Source: Rhizophagus irregularis (Eukaryota). From it: a stretch of DNA of 64,000 bases. The stretch covers positions 4,960,001-5,024,000 of the forward strand of contig NC_089431.1 of assembly GCF_026210795.1 (NCBI RefSeq), in the 5' to 3' direction. Position 1 is the stretch's first letter. The number at the start of each line of letters is the position of its first letter. The translations under genes and the position numbers were made by a program. The notes beneath the pieces were generated by a model. That model searched no databases, was not told the DNA's origin, and was given only the letters and a program-made list of their open reading frames with translations. Below, piece after piece: positions 1-14,770 of the stretch.

Positions 1-249
1 TAAAAATAATACCTTGAACGTACACTGCGTTCAAATGCACCCTATCACATGATTTATTGTATTTTAAATTTGATTGGCTGATCAGTGTTATCGTTTATTT
101 ATTCATCAAATAATCTTATTCATTATTTAATTTTTTGAAATGAAAAGGGTTTTTAAAGTTTTTTTTTTGAAACAGTTAATAAACTGATATAACTATATAA
201 GTCTTATTGTTTTCTATTACCTTTTTCTGTTGTTAAAATTTATTAATTG

Positions 250-1570
250 TTTCCAGGAGTCCATTTCATCTCCAGGTGGTGTTCCTATAAAACCATCAAA
301 AGAATGTTAGGAAACATTCTTGAACAAAATTAGTAAAAGAAAACAAAAAATCTTTTGTCTCCAAGAGTCTCTGGGAGGTATTCCTATAAAAAAAATTATT
401 CAAAAAACGTTAGGAAACGTCCTTAAACAAAATTAGCAAAAGAAAATGAAAAACCTTTTGTCTCCAAGAGTCTCTGGGAGGTATTCCTATAAAAAAATTA
501 TTAAAAGAACATTAGAACATTCTTGAATGAAATTAACAAAAGAAATGAAAAGAAATTTACTTTTCGTCTCCAAAAGTCTCCAGGAGACATTTCTATAAAA
601 AAAAATCATTGAAAGAATATTGGAAACATTCTTAAACGGAATTAACAAAAGAGACGAAAAAATAAAACTTATCTTTCATCTAGGGGATGTTCCTACAAAA
701 AAAATTATTGAAAGAATGTTAGGAACGTCCTTGAATGAAATTAACAAAAGAAACTTACTTTTCGTCTCCAAGAGTTACCAGGGCGTTCCTATAAAAAAAA
801 TTGTTGAAAGAACATTAGAAACATTCTTAAATGGAATTAACAAAAGAGACGAAAAAAGGAAACTTATCTTTCATCTAGGAGATGTTCCTACAAAAAAAAT
901 TATTGAAAGAATGTTAGGAACGTCCTTGAATGAAATTAACAAAAGAAATAAAAAGAAACTTACTTTTTGTCTCCAAGAGCATTTCTATAAAAAAAAATTG
1001 TTGAAAGAACATTAGAAACATTCTTAAATGGAATTAACAAAAGAGACGAAAAAAGAAAACTTATTTTTCATCTAGGGGACGTTCCTACAAAAAAAATTAT
1101 TGAAAGAATGTTAGGAACGTCCTTGAATGAAATTAACAAAAGAAACAAAAAGAAACTTACTTTTCGCCTCCAATAGTCACCAGGGGCGTTCCTATAAAAA
1201 AAAATTATTCAAAGAATGTTAGGAAATGTTCTTAAATGAAATTAATAAAAGAAACAAAAAAGAAAATTTACCTTTCATCTCCAAGAGTCACCAGGAGGTG
1301 TTCCTATAAAAAAAAATTATTGAAGAATGTTAGGAATGTTCTTAAACGAAATTAACAAATATAAATGAAAAAGAATTTTACCTTTTGTCTTTAAGAGTCT
1401 CCAGGGAGTGTTCCTATAAAAAAAAAATTACGAAAGAATGTTAGGAACGTTGTTCTTGAACGAAATGAATGGGAAAAAAAATCGAAAAAAACACACCTTT
1501 TATTTTTAGGGGTCCATTTTGTCTTCAGGGTATTCCTACAAAAAAAGAGTAATTAAAAAACGTTCCTAAA
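250..1570. repeat. Degenerate tandem repeat (~105-120 bp units), probably the interior of a non-autonomous element
   Basis: Recurring GTTCCTATAAAAAAA..GAAAGAATGTTAGGAAC..TTGAATGAAATTAACAAAAGA units with two alternating variants; ORF 620-1015 simply mirrors the repeat. Confidence 0.85.
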
Positions 1571-1668
1571 CAAAGTAAAAATAAAAAATAGATTGATTAT
1601 CACCAATAAAATTTTAAAATCATGTCACGTGAGTGGGTGCAGGTGCATTCAAATTTTAAACCCTTTTA

Positions 1669-2597
1669 TCTATTATTTAAAAAAAAATGGGTCATATTTA
1701 GATTAGTCATTAAAAATTGTTTATTTATCCATATTATTGATTTATTATCTGTTTAAATTTTTGGATCGGTAAATCAATATCATGAATACCGATCATTACC
1801 ATTTATTTATATCATCATTTTATCATTAGTACTATGAATGCCGATCATTTTATTATATAATAAATCATTAAATCGTACTATGATTTGAAATTATCGTAGC
1901 TTTATTATCAAATTACCAAAAAAAAATATTTTAAAAAAGCTATTATAAAATTAAAATTATCTATAATATTATAATTTCGTATGATTTTACAATTTTATTT
2001 GTAATCTGTAATAAAATTAGTAGACACACATAATAATATAAAATATATTTTTGATCTCTGTTTCATATGATATATCATATATTATATATTAATTTTTTCA
2101 TTATATAGCATATATTAAAGTAAGTTAAATTAATATCATAAATACATAAATACTGTTCATCTATATAATTAAAAAAATTCTGTAACATTTAGATTATCTT
2201 GTATAAATAATTTGAATTGTGTAATGGGTGGTCCGTCTGCTCCTGAAATATTTGATCTATATTATTATAGTTAAAATTCATTAATCAGTAAATTATAGCA
2301 TTAATACAAATTGCTAATCATTGCTATTTTATTACTGAAATTAAAAAAAAATTAAATTAGCCCATTTATTGATTACAAATACTTATTATAACTATGTACT
2401 CTTTTCATAAGCAGATATTTACTAATTACTCTAATGCACTATAATTATATAATTCTAAATATAATTTATATCATTCTACTAATCAAAAAACTGTAACCAT
2501 TTTTAATTTACTTAGTATTACATTATAATACCAAATTGTTCTCGGCCTATTTAAACAAACTCATTAGTCCCAGTGCGAAGCAACGGGTAACTGCTAG
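1669..2597 (+). mobile_element. Non-autonomous Helitron-like element
   Basis: 3' hairpin CCCAGTGCGAAGCAACGGG followed by TAACTG-CTAG|T at 2594-2597; candidate 5' end A|TCTATTAT at 1669 is less certain. Confidence 0.55.
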
Positions 2598-3032
2598 TAT
2601 ATAATTAGTAGTACTGTTAGGCGCAGATGAATCATGCATTACACAATTTAAAGATGATTTATACAGGCTAATCTAAACGTTAGAAGATCGACATGTATTT
2701 TTTTATTATATTATATAGATTATTATGAAAAATTCTTACATTTTATTTTCATTGTACAGTAAATATTTTACTCTTTTAATAAGCAACATGTAGAAAAAAA
2801 AATTCAAGCTCTTAAAATAACAATATTCGATCATGAATCTGTAATATTATCATAAATATGACCTTAATAATAATGCTAAAAGACTAACTTTGAATTTAAA
2901 CCATATTTATATGATTTTGGAGTAAATTCTTCAAATTATTTTTCGTTTAATTATTTCATTGCTTCAAAGGATCAATTCTTTTCCAAAATATTCGTCCTAG
3001 TTTATTTTATGACAAATCAAAATAAAATTAAT

Positions 3033-3071
<39 letters not shown>

Positions 3072-3307
3072 ACAATAGTAATTACAATGTTTATAATGTT
3101 TATTCAAACTACAAGTTTATTTATTATTGAAAGTTCTTTTAAAAATAAAAAAAATAAATAGTAAATTATTTAAATTACATACTAAGAAATTTGCAAAAGT
3201 TATTTTGCTACTCTAGTCTTAGTGTTTAAATAATTGAATATGTATAAATATTGATTTAAATTTAATTCATAATATAAAAAAAAAGTTTGTAAAAATAATA
3301 ATAAATT

Positions 3308-5831
3308 TTTAGGATGTCCTAATTTTTTTAGATACATCACCTGTAATTTCTAATTCATTTTGCTTTTCATCATCATCTATAAAGCAAAATAAAATTATAA
3401 ATTATTATTTTTCGCTATTACTATAAAATACTAAAAAAAAAAATAATATACCATTTACATCCAAACTATGCTTTTTTGTTTGTTGCTCAATTCCTTTTTT
3501 ATGATCATCTTGTATAACTGAAAAAAAGTTTATTTTATTAAAATAACCTTAATTAAATAACATTATAATTAGATTAATATGATTCACTTACTATAATTTG
3601 AATTAATTTCTAATTTGTCAAATATTTTAAAATTTAATTTAATAAAAGTAAGTTAATTTATTTTAAAGTAATATCAAATTTAATAATGAGCATTTACCTT
3701 TATGTTCACTTGATTCAATATTAACATTTTTCTCATTACTTAAATTATTAAAATCATCAACTAAAAATAAAAAAAAATAAATAAATAAACTTAAAATTAA
3801 TTACATATTAATTTAAAGCTAAGAATACCTATCATTATTAGGAATGTTCAAACTATAAGGTTTACTATGGAATGCTATAAAATTATCACATATATATATT
3901 TAGAATAAAATTAAATGTTAAATATTAATAAATTATTGTACTTTACTAAAAATGGCCAATTTTTTGAAATGATTTTGTAATAATTTTAAAATACTACAAA
4001 AATACATTTAATACATCAAAATGTTTTTATTATATTTTTGCTATTATTTTGTGATTGTATTGTATCTAGGTCTATAAAAATAACTCAAAATAATATCACA
4101 ATAATTTTTTAATGTTTTTGTTATTATTTTATTATTATAATATAATTAACTTTGATATTATTTTAATATTTTAATCTCAAAAATACCTTAAATATATCTT
4201 GATATATTTTAAAAATTTTACAAAATAATTGCACAATTGTTTTGAAAGCCATTGTATCTAGGTCTATAAAAATATTTCAAAAAATTGGCCATTTTTAGTA
4301 AAGTATATACCTTCTTGTTCTTCTATTTTGTAATTTTATTTAATTGAAAAATATGAATGTTAATATACTGTATGATTATATATAATATTATAATATATTC
4401 AAATGATACTACTACCTTCTGTTGCATTTTTTGGTTCAGGTAAATTTTCAAATTGATAAATTTTACTATTATAATTTATGTTCGTTGGATGTTGATCGGA
4501 AATTATTTGTTTTTGGCTATCATCTTGATAGTTTTGAAATTTTAATAATAACTTATGTACTTCTTTTCTTAATGTACAAATATTAGGTCTCTTTGTTGAA
4601 TCAGCATCCCAACATTGTTCCATTAATTTTTTATATTCTAAAGGAGTTTCTGGTACTATTTTTGGTCTCATTCCGTTTATTATTTTCATTGCAAGGTCAT
4701 AATTATGCTCATAATTAATAAAGGGTAGTTGTCCAGATGAAATTTCCCACATAAGTATACCAATACTATAAATATCAGATGCATAAGTGGGTTTTTTTCC
4801 AGTAATTACTTCTGGTTCTATATAAGGAAGATTTCCATATACACCATTTAGTGGTTTATCGACAGGTCCACAAAATCCAAGATCACTAATATAGAAACCT
4901 TGGGTAATTTTACCATTATGCAATATATTATTTCCGGAATGCAAATCTCTATGAATTACATTTTCATTATGAATGCTGTAAATCCATCTATTATTTCATA
5001 AGCAATTTGTATCCTATCTTTCAATATAATATTATTATAATATTGCTTTAGATATGTTTTTAAATCCATATCCATTTTATCCATTACAAGCATATAATTT
5101 CTGCTTGATGGATTTTTCGTTAAGCCATGACATTGTGCTACATCCGACCATTTGTTATTTATAGTTAAATGAGCTTTGCTCTAAAAAAATTATATAAAAA
5201 TCGTCAACAAATTTCAAAAATAATGAAACAAAATATTTTAATTACGTACCTCTTCAAACCAACTTTCATTAGTACTTTTGACATTCTCTAACTCTTTAAG
5301 TATTACATATTGGTCTCCATATCTTGTTAATTGATTTTCTTCAGAATCCCATTCATAATATCCTCCATCTATCCATTCTGCTGAGTAAATTTCAGAACAA
5401 CCACCTTTAGTTAAATATTTAACATTTTGTAAATCATCATATGGAATCCATTCAATTATTCTTTGCGGTTGAAATGTTTCCATTTGACATTTTAAATTAT
5501 CAATTTCATTATTTCCAGATGTCCAGTTTGAAAAATTTTCTTTTAAATAATTTCGAACACAATGTTCACAATATAATGTTCCTAAACATTCATCTAGACA
5601 ATTTTCACAAATTCTTTTTTTTCCTTTATTATCTATAATTTTATAAATTCCATATAATTCATTTAACATTTTTATTATTTCTGATTTTTCATCTTTTGTA
5701 AGAGATTTATCAGCAAGAGCAATTTTTTTTCTAGATTCATATTGTTTATCCAAATCATTTATAGTGAGATCTAATAATGTATATGCTTTATTAACAGCAG
5801 CCCAAACAAAATCTTCTCGTATATCATTCAT
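3308..5831 (-). pseudogene. Tyrosine-kinase-like protein kinase with N-terminal Cys motif, frameshifted
   Basis: Exon 5831-5250 (CENC..CEHC, WTSGN, KGGCSEIY); exon from 5180 (HRDLHSGN, DLGF, DIYSIG). Frameshift near 4980: the frame from 5180 stops before HRD. Several small 3' exons down to ~3308 (end approximate). Confidence 0.8.
3941..4303. mobile_element. MITE in a kinase intron
   Basis: 30-bp TIR CTTTACTAAAAATGGCCAATTTTTTGAAAT, flanked by TA on both sides. Confidence 0.85.
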
Positions 5832-6279
5832 ATTTTTTAATTTTGTAAAAAAAAAAAGTCTTGAAATTTTGAAAGTGAGACAGTAGTACAGTTTCACAGA
5901 TTTGTTGTGCAAATATATCGATATGTTATGCATAAGTAGTACAGTTTCGCGGATTTGTTATGCAAATGTATGTTTGTATGTTGTGCATAAATTTCACCTG
6001 TGCAACCCGTACAACAGAAATAACACATGATCAACAATAAAATAAGGGCGTGAATTATAAGGCAATATCATTTTTCTCTAGTAAAAAACATGTGTTTGGA
6101 CGATCTACAATCACGTTGCAATTTAGTAATTTTACAGAGAACTAAAATAGCGGAATTTAAAAATTAATTGCAAATTATGTCCAAACTGATAAAGAAGATC
6201 TCTTCTCTTCTGGAGTAAAGCGAAACTGGGTCTCACTCACTCCCACGACCGATGGTCTACTTAACTTGGGTATTTTCTC

Positions 6280-7440
6280 ACCAGTAAGGTCTAATCGCGT
6301 GCCCCACCTTTCTAACAGCTAGTTCATCTGTTTCAGGTCTGGTTAAATCGAAAACAATAAACTCACGTTCTCTTATTAAATATTTTTTTATAATTTTCAT
6401 TGATCCTCCACATACTGTACTGATGTACAATTCTAGAAATATCTCTACCACCATTGAATAAACATAAATCCCTATAAAAAATAAGTGTCCGGAAATTGTC
6501 CAGAAATTGTCCGGAAAATTTGTCTAAATAATTGTCCGGAAAATGTCCAGAAAATGCCAGGTACCATGTCCGGAAATTGTTCCGAAAACACACTCGTTTC
6601 CGGACACTCATTTTGTCCAGAATTCGTCCGGAAATTGACCTGAAATATTTTTTCATAAAATTTGGCACAAAAAGATGATCAACAGGTGACCATCATTATA
6701 ATTGCTTTTAACTTAAAGTTTTATATCATAGATATATAGTATTTTTGCCTGCTCAGCAAATTTAATTAGTATGACAAAGAAGGTTATGAATGTCAGTCTT
6801 GTGCTTTTTGCATTTTTTTACAAAATTAATTTATCCTTTTTTGGAAGTAGCGTCCAGAATTTGTCCAGAATTTTTTCATGTCCGGAATTTGTCCAGCTCA
6901 AATTATCTGAATTTTTACTATGTCCGGAATTTGTCCAGGTTTATCTGTCCGGAATTTGTCCAAAATTTTATACTGGACAAATTCTGGATATATTCTGGAC
7001 AAAGTCCGGATATGTCAAAATTTTAGGTATCAAATTTGTAGCAAAAAATAGACATTTTCCGGACAATTTCTGGACATGCCAGATTTATTCTGGACAATTT
7101 CCGGACATTTTCGTAGACATTTTCTGGACATTTATTTTTTATAGGGAATGTGTTGCATTTTTAAAAATACCTTTGGTACACACTGATATTTTTGCGTAAC
7201 ATAAATTGGTGTAATATTGTTATGACGTCCACTTAAAAAGAACAGGATTATTTGTCTCTGTACAGATGGAGGATCGGAACAAAGATCTTCAAAGATAACC
7301 ACTATTCCTTTTACATCCTCATAGTACGGAGTAAATGTTTTATTAGGAATATAATTATTAAGTTTGTATGAAATATAATTGAATATCTTTTTTTCAAGCA
7401 ATCATTTCGGTTCATTTGGATGGTGACCAACTATTATAAC
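6280..7440 (-). pseudogene. Decayed A32/FtsK-like DNA-packaging ATPase (Polinton/Maverick or DNA-virus type), split by a MITE
   Basis: VVIFEDL (Walker B-like), FFLSGRHNNITPIYVTQKY; after removing the MITE, NATHLCLFNGG; C-terminal FIVFDLTRPE. Frameshifts present, Walker A not found. Confidence 0.65.
6470..7146. mobile_element. 677-bp CACTA/CMC-like MITE, copy 1
   Basis: TIRs CCCTATAAAAAATAA..TGTCC / TTATTTTTTATAGGG, AAT on both flanks, subterminal TGTCCGGA repeats; near-identical copy at 25056. Confidence 0.9.
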
Positions 7441-10400
7441 GTTATTTCATCTCACATATATTCTTTTATTTTAAATATAAACTCGGAATTGTATAATAAT
7501 TTTACGCTATACAATCAATATTCAAAGGAATATTTAATATTATCCGGTATCACGTTATTTTTTTATAATTAAAAATGGTTAAAATTCGTGTATCAGGCAA
7601 TATTCCAATCACGGGATACCGGATAAATCACTTATTCGGCACTTCGTGCCGAATAACTATTAAGTATTGATTTGTTACTATAATTAAAAGTAATTAAATT
7701 GATTTAGTTTAGGAGAAGGCGGATTAGTTTAAACTTAGAAATTTATATAACGTATTATATACTATTGAATCTTGTTTAATTATAAATTTATTCAAAAGTC
7801 TGCCGAAATCTGCCGAAAGGAGTAGTACATATGATATAATATCTCTCAAAACTGGAAATTATCTTTGGGCTTAGATTTATAAACATTATTATGTATTGAT
7901 ATAGTACAATAGTTTATCAACTCTATTGTTTTTCAACCATATGATTAATAATCACAATTCATCAACAACGACAACGAATAATTATGTAATCCTTTTTCAA
8001 TATACTGTATATTAAACTTTTACCCGCAAATGAAGTATAACATATAAAATCTCACAAAATCTAATACTGTAATAATAAAACTAAATCAAAAAATTGAAAT
8101 GTACAGATTGTAAATAATAAACTAATTACAAAATAAGGCTAAGCAAAATGGCACAAGTTCTAATAATAAATAATTTAATAAATTGTATGATTTATTTTGA
8201 ATAATTTTAGGTACAATGGTACAATATATATTTGCAGTTAAAATATTTGAAATTTAAGTATATCTTTAAAATATTATCATAAATTATTATTTAATTTCAT
8301 ATTGCTATTATTCTCTTAATAATATTATATAATTTTAATTATCTTAAAAACTTTTCTCATAATTTTATCAATATTTATTTATTGCTCTGCCATCATACCA
8401 AATAAATATAAAATCCATAGTTATAATTACAGCCCCAAAAAATCTTAGCCATGTTCATAGCCTCAAATCATACTCATAAATTACTATTTACTATATAATC
8501 ATAGCCTCAAAATAATATTCACAAAAATTACAGCCTTAAGACCATAGCCATAATCATAGCCACAACAAAATTACAATCTAAAACTATAGTATATAAAGCA
8601 ACAAACTATTGTACAGAACACAGCCACAAAACTTTTGATAATATAAACAATCTGTTTTTAATTAAAATTATCATATTTTGCTTCATTATTTTTCTAAAAG
8701 TCAAAATTCATTTCACCAAACAACATATATAATGGAAAATGAATTTTAGTCTAAGAATATGAATTTTACTTTTTTAACATTTATTATATTATTATCCACT
8801 CTTTTTTTGAAGCAAAGTAAAAAAAAATCTGTAGTTATCAATTTCTATCTTTCAATTTTAAAGAAAATGTGCTAGACAAATCATTCTAATGCTAGCAGAA
8901 ACTCAAAATTAAAGATCATAAGGTGACCTGAAACTGCCAGTTGTGACAATAATAATTAATAGAATTCATTTTATTGAGTATTTCTAAAAAAAGTATATTA
9001 TATTGATGGTAAAATTGGAGATGTATTTGATAGTGCTTGATACAAAATTCTATCACAAAAGGTTATATTCAGAATGTCCAGGACAAAAAATTCCTATAAT
9101 ATAAACATGTTGCTTCAATTTTAACAAGTCACTTTCAGACTATTTGATGCATTTTTAATTTCCTACATCACAGTTTCTAAAAAATATAAATGGGTAAAAC
9201 TAACCAACTGGCAGAAAAAGTTCTTTTATTATTTGCAGATTTAGAAAAAGAACTAAACATTAAATTTAATGTTGAATTTGTTGAATTAAAGGAGTTATAT
9301 AAATAATGTATAACACAACTTATTACTCTATATATAAACTTTAGTTTACAATTATTCGATAGAAAAATGTTTTTAATCATGCTAAGCATGATGGCCAAAG
9401 CTATCAAACCAAACAATTTGTTGAGAAAGATTTTTAGATGGATTCATGTTTAATTAGAGCATATTCAAATCAAATTATAATAAAGGATCATTTATTCTTA
9501 TTACCTAGACAAAGGTATCATACAAGGTGAAATTATTGTTATTAATTGAATACAGATTAACTCATTTATTCATATATAACTATTGCTCTGTTGAAATAGT
9601 AGTATACTAGTTTCTAAATGAATTGCAGAATAAACAAAAAAAATAAGATGAATAAAATTTTGACGTAAAGAATCACAATAGAAAATAATAAACTGCCATT
9701 AATATTTAACAAATTGAATAATTAATACTCCTTAAGATATCTATTATGTTACAGAAATATTACTTCAACTTAAAAATCAAAATACTCTATATAATAATCC
9801 AATTAAGACATATTTTAACCTTTATGCTTCTCCTCCTTCTACTTCTGAACATTATCAACTTATTGCTGAAAATGAAATTCTGCTAAATGAAGTTCCATCA
9901 TAAAAAAGATGACATAATTCAGCAACTTAAAAATGAGAGAACCAATGAATATCTTGCATTGTGTCAACAATTATTATCTTTAAAAGAAATTGTAATAGAT
10001 TGCGGAATGAAAGGAATTCCGCATCAATGATGAGCTGATGGAATGGTGGCTTTACATCTTAAATTGCTTTTATATTATAAAATTCATGTTAAGTACCACT
10101 TACAGGCCAATCACTCAATAATATTATGACAGATAATGTCACAAAACGATATTAAATTACCAATATGCTTTTTCATTATATATCAGTTTACATATTGCTG
10201 ATAGAATAATGGCAATTTCCAATGAAAAGAATATGTGGAATTCTACTTCTACTCAATTACATACTTATGCAAATCTTTGGAAAGATCTTGCCTTATATGA
10301 ACAAAATATAATTTAAACAACATTAATCAATTAAATCCAGTTAAAAATAATGATTTAGGTTAATAACAAAGGTAGAATTATTAAACCTTCAATTTTGATA

Positions 10401-11039
10401 TCTTAAAAGAAATTGCTTGATTTTAAAATGCATATTATAGTAAACGTAATTATTGTCTCATTAATAGTACCTTTTCAAATTAGTGGATATTTGTTTAACC
10501 TTAGCATTTGGAGTTATAATGATAATGATGTTGGAAGAAAGATAAAACCAACTCATTCAGAACGATTTTTGATTGACAATGGAAAAGCAAAAATGTTTAC
10601 TAATTAATTACTTATTAAATACTAAACTCCTTAATATTATGATTCGCAATACAAAAGAAATGATAGACAGTTATGAAGGGAAAAATTAAAATAGTATTAT
10701 TCATATTAGTTGTTAGTAACTTTCTATAATTCTATTAATCAGCTTTAATATGCCAATTCCTGATTCTGATTTGAAATTCTGAATGCACCCCATATTATCA
10801 TATTTATCTTTCTCCTATTCATCTTGGCTGTTTATTAGATAGAACTCCAAATAGTAATGCTCATTCAAATTATTGTCACTTAACTATTATTAATTATTAC
10901 TGAAATTATTATTATTCCTATACCAAAGTTAAAATCTTTAACACCAAACTGATGAATACATGATCCATTATGTTACTTGATAGTACAGTTAGTAAAGCAT
11001 TAACAATTGATGGTTAACATGTAATTTGAAAGAATATAA

Positions 11040-11120
11040 TGTTTATTAACCAATGATTAAATATATTATAGACTTTCATAATGTTTTAGAAGGAATAGAT
11101 CAAGGTGAAATCACCTTTCC
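11040..11120 (+). pseudogene. Non-LTR retrotransposon RT fragment
   Basis: Translates LEGIDQGEI (RT QG motif region); short and isolated. Confidence 0.45.
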
Positions 11121-13109
11121 AGAGTAAAAATTTTCATCAACAAGATAAAATCAATAAATTGGAAGAGGGTGTTTAGTGCTATATACTTTCCTCATGTCAA
11201 CAATTATCTATTGATATGATTAATTTGATGAAATATTACATATCCAATTAAAAATCAATGTGAAACTTGAAAGTGAGCCAGCTAAAAATAGAGAATTTTT
11301 GATTGGACTGAGCCAAAAATTATGCAGTAGAGGGGTATGTGCAACCAAGGATATCTCTCCAAAAATATCATAAAAATATTCATTTGAATGATGGATAATT
11401 TTAAACTTGATCAACTTGAAAGCATACACTGCTTGTATTTGCTTTCAGATGTTAATTGATCAAATAAAAATTATAAGATCATATAACCCTTTACATATTA
11501 TTTAAAGGCTTCTTCTGTTTCCCAAAGGTAAATATTTATTTTAATACCATTAGAATAATGAAGACAAGATGAATTATCTCAAATCATTCTTAGCTAACCA
11601 AAAAAAAGCAATATAGCAAAGGAGTATTGTCTATTTTTTTTGTATGGATATCTCATAGGATTATATATAGAGAGACTTTCACATATTCAAATTTCTAAAA
11701 TTTTGGAAATATCTGAAGAAATTTTAGAACTTGAAGGCAAAAAGTCAATTATAAAAAAAAGTAAGCACTTTTACATCATCTGACAGAGATTTAAATAATT
11801 ATATATTTTTAAAATGATTTTATCAGCACAAGATAATAATATTAAGATCTGAGAATTACATTTTTATTTTATACTCAACATCATTACATAAACATATCTG
11901 TTTTACTGAAAAGTAAAAAAAGAATAATAAGCCGAGTAACAAGATTAGAAAATTGATTTTGCACTTATAAGGACTAAAGAAGTGACAAAAAAGAGAGTTT
12001 CAAAACTATCTCAAAGCTGTGCAAGTAGCCTTTAAACTGATATATATACATTTACTTTTAATATTCATTATATAGAACTCATTTCATTGTAATTGTAAGT
12101 CTACCTTCAATCATCAAAAAAATGAGATTGAGTTGCACATGGAAGGGGAGGAGATTATAATTAGCAGAAAACATAAAGAACTCAATTTCGATGGAGATAT
12201 TTTAAAAAAATTAATACCGGTCAGCAATTTTGAGTATATTTATTTAGAATAAGGAGTATGATAATCTTAACTAATTATACAACCTATTTTTTGCATCTCT
12301 TTAATTATAGCTTTATAATTATTTTAGGAAATGTTTCTTAAAGATAATTGATCTTTACTATAGTAGTTATAATTAATAATTGGCTGTCAAGAGTTATTGA
12401 AAATATCTGTCAACCAATCTAAAACAATTAAAAATTCTTCACACACAATTATTGATACTTTAACACTTCCACTTTGAGGTAAACACCATAATTTTTTCTT
12501 TTGGATGCATTGACACTGTATTAGATTACTGATACTGTAGTTAGTAATTAACAAATCAAAGATTGGTTTCAGTTAAAAACTATTGACCTGAAAAACTATT
12601 ATTGGAAATTAATATTTAATAATTATTTAAAGCATATCTATTAATTGCGTTTGAAAATTATAAAGATGGAAAATTGTATTTTTATAACTTCAAATTATAA
12701 TAAATATATACTAGGATAGTTTATATATAAATGCTTACAAATATTAGTAGTTTAATCTGAAACTTGTTAAAAAGTGAGTTTCATTTATTAAGTGACTCTA
12801 TATTTAATCTGGAATCTGGACTACCTTTATTATTTAGTTTAAATGAATTTAAATAGATTCTATTCAAACTTAGAAAATGATTTATAAAAGTTAAGTCAAG
12901 ATGTTGAAGAATTGGGCAATAAATTATCTATGAACTAAAGTTAAAAAAAAGTGAATTTCTAAGAAGTCTATTAGTTTAATGAAAGATTTATTAAATAATA
13001 TTCTTTTTAATATATCATTAAAAGTTTTTAGATTTACCTATTTTATCCCTTCCCATTTCATCCATCTGCCATATATATTAATTTTGAAGTAGAATACTCA
13101 AAAGAATTG

Positions 13110-13295
13110 GTAGAATTACACCTAACCCAACATGATAATGTTCTCAAAGAACCCAATCTCACTAATCTTCCAGTAAGCTCAATAAATACATCCATTCATG
13201 TGCCAAATAATAGAACTTTGGATATGTCTACAAGACATGGCAAAGCTTTTGATTCAGTGGGAATGACTTCACTCAACAAAGCACTACACACGATA
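13110..13295 (+). pseudogene. Non-LTR (LINE) reverse transcriptase fragment
   Basis: ELWICLQDMA/KAFDSVG (DxxKAFDSV motif) across a frameshift, preceded by NVLKEPN. Confidence 0.65.
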
Positions 13296-14159
13296 TTTCC
13301 ATTCATTTTTTTCATTAATCTCATCCTTATCCATTATTTTTTTTCATCCATCCCCAATATTCTTATTATTTTATTCTTCTTATAGAAAAAAATATTATTA
13401 ACTACTAGTCATGTTTATAAATAGCTAAACATTAAATGAAAAAAGTTGAAAATATTAATTTCATTATAGTACTTTAATAGAAATGAAAATTTGAAGCTAA
13501 AAAGACATTTTATTTTAACATGGCATGTCTAGTATGTCTCATGCTTATTTTCAAAAAAAGCATTAATTATTTTATTGAAACATTTTTAAAGTGCTGGGAT
13601 TCTTTAGCATACTATGAATATTGGAAAAACTATAATTTAACAATTTTAATAACCATAAAAATAAAAATTTTATGGAAATATTGTAAATCTAATTATAAGG
13701 CCAATTCAAATTACTAATTTATATATAGCAAATTACAATTTGATCAAATGTTTAAATTTGCTAGTTTATTTAAAAGATTACTAGGTATTTGTAGCCGAAG
13801 AGACAAAATATAAATCATCTCAAAGTAGAGTTAAATCCAAATTTAATAATTTTAGCAAAGTTTTTATTTATGCAGAAATGTATTAATTGGTTCATTCACT
13901 TTATAATTCATTTATAATCAAGCAACCTTATCTAATTTCTTGTATATGAAACAAACTGGACATAAGATTACTATAGTATTATTAGCAGTGGTCTTTGCTA
14001 AGCATATCTATAAAAGCCTTGTTAAATTCCATTGAAAAGGAAATTGTATAATTTTGTCAGTTCACAAACCAAACAATTATGATCAAAAAAATTCTTCAAT
14101 ATTTTTTTTCTGGAGCTTTGTCCTTGATAAAAGACAAACTCTATTTAGAATTACAAAAT

Positions 14160-14335
14160 TTCAGTTTTATTCATATTAATACATCTTCTGAAAAACAAAT
14201 GCCATGGTTGATTTTAGGTACAAGCATATTTTATATGAGTCCTACAAGATTTCAATATTTTAATAAAATTGTTGCTTTAACGACTGACAATGAATCAGCA
14301 GCTATGATGGTTTGTGGCCGAGAAATTTACCTGTT
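14160..14335 (+). pseudogene. hAT transposase fragment
   Basis: KIVALTTDNESAAMMVCGREI resembles the hAT TTDN motif. Confidence 0.5.
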
Positions 14336-14369
14336 AAAAAGATATTTCTAGTGAAGCTAATCTTATAAC

Positions 14370-14770
14370 AAAATATTAGCACATAATTGATAACTGTGAT
14401 ATTATTAGATAATTTAACAAAACTTTTTGAACAAAATTATCATTGTTCCGTTGTTATATTTTCAGGAACTGAATTATTCAACTTTAAAAGTTGCAACAGA
14501 TGCTTTTATTCAAGAATTACAAGAGTTGAGCAGTACTGGAATGGTTATTAATAATATTCTTTGGAACTTTGAGCTATTTTTTTTTTAACTTAGATTGGAA
14601 GTTCCTTGCTATCTGCTTGAGCTTTAATTCTGCAAATTCAAATTATTTTTGCCTATAGTGTAAGATAACTAAAAATCAATGTGGAAATAAGCAAATTGAA
14701 TGGAAATTAGTAAAGAGATGAGCTTTTTAAATAAAAATTCAAAGTATACCCAGGTCATTACATTGGTCAT
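14370..14770 (+). pseudogene. RAG1/Transib/Chapaev-like transposase fragment
   Basis: DWKFLAICLSFNSANSNYFCL*C resembles the D.K......G....S.Y.C..C motif of RAG1-like transposases; stops and frameshifts. Confidence 0.55.

Noticed and set aside
620..1015. 131-aa ORF
   Set aside because: Translation of a tandem repeat; neighbouring units are frameshifted
3037..3068. (TA)n microsatellite
   Set aside because: Ordinary simple repeat
6771..7199. ORFs inside the 677-bp MITE (also 25357-25779)
   Set aside because: They derive from subterminal repeats and are shared only because the element is duplicated
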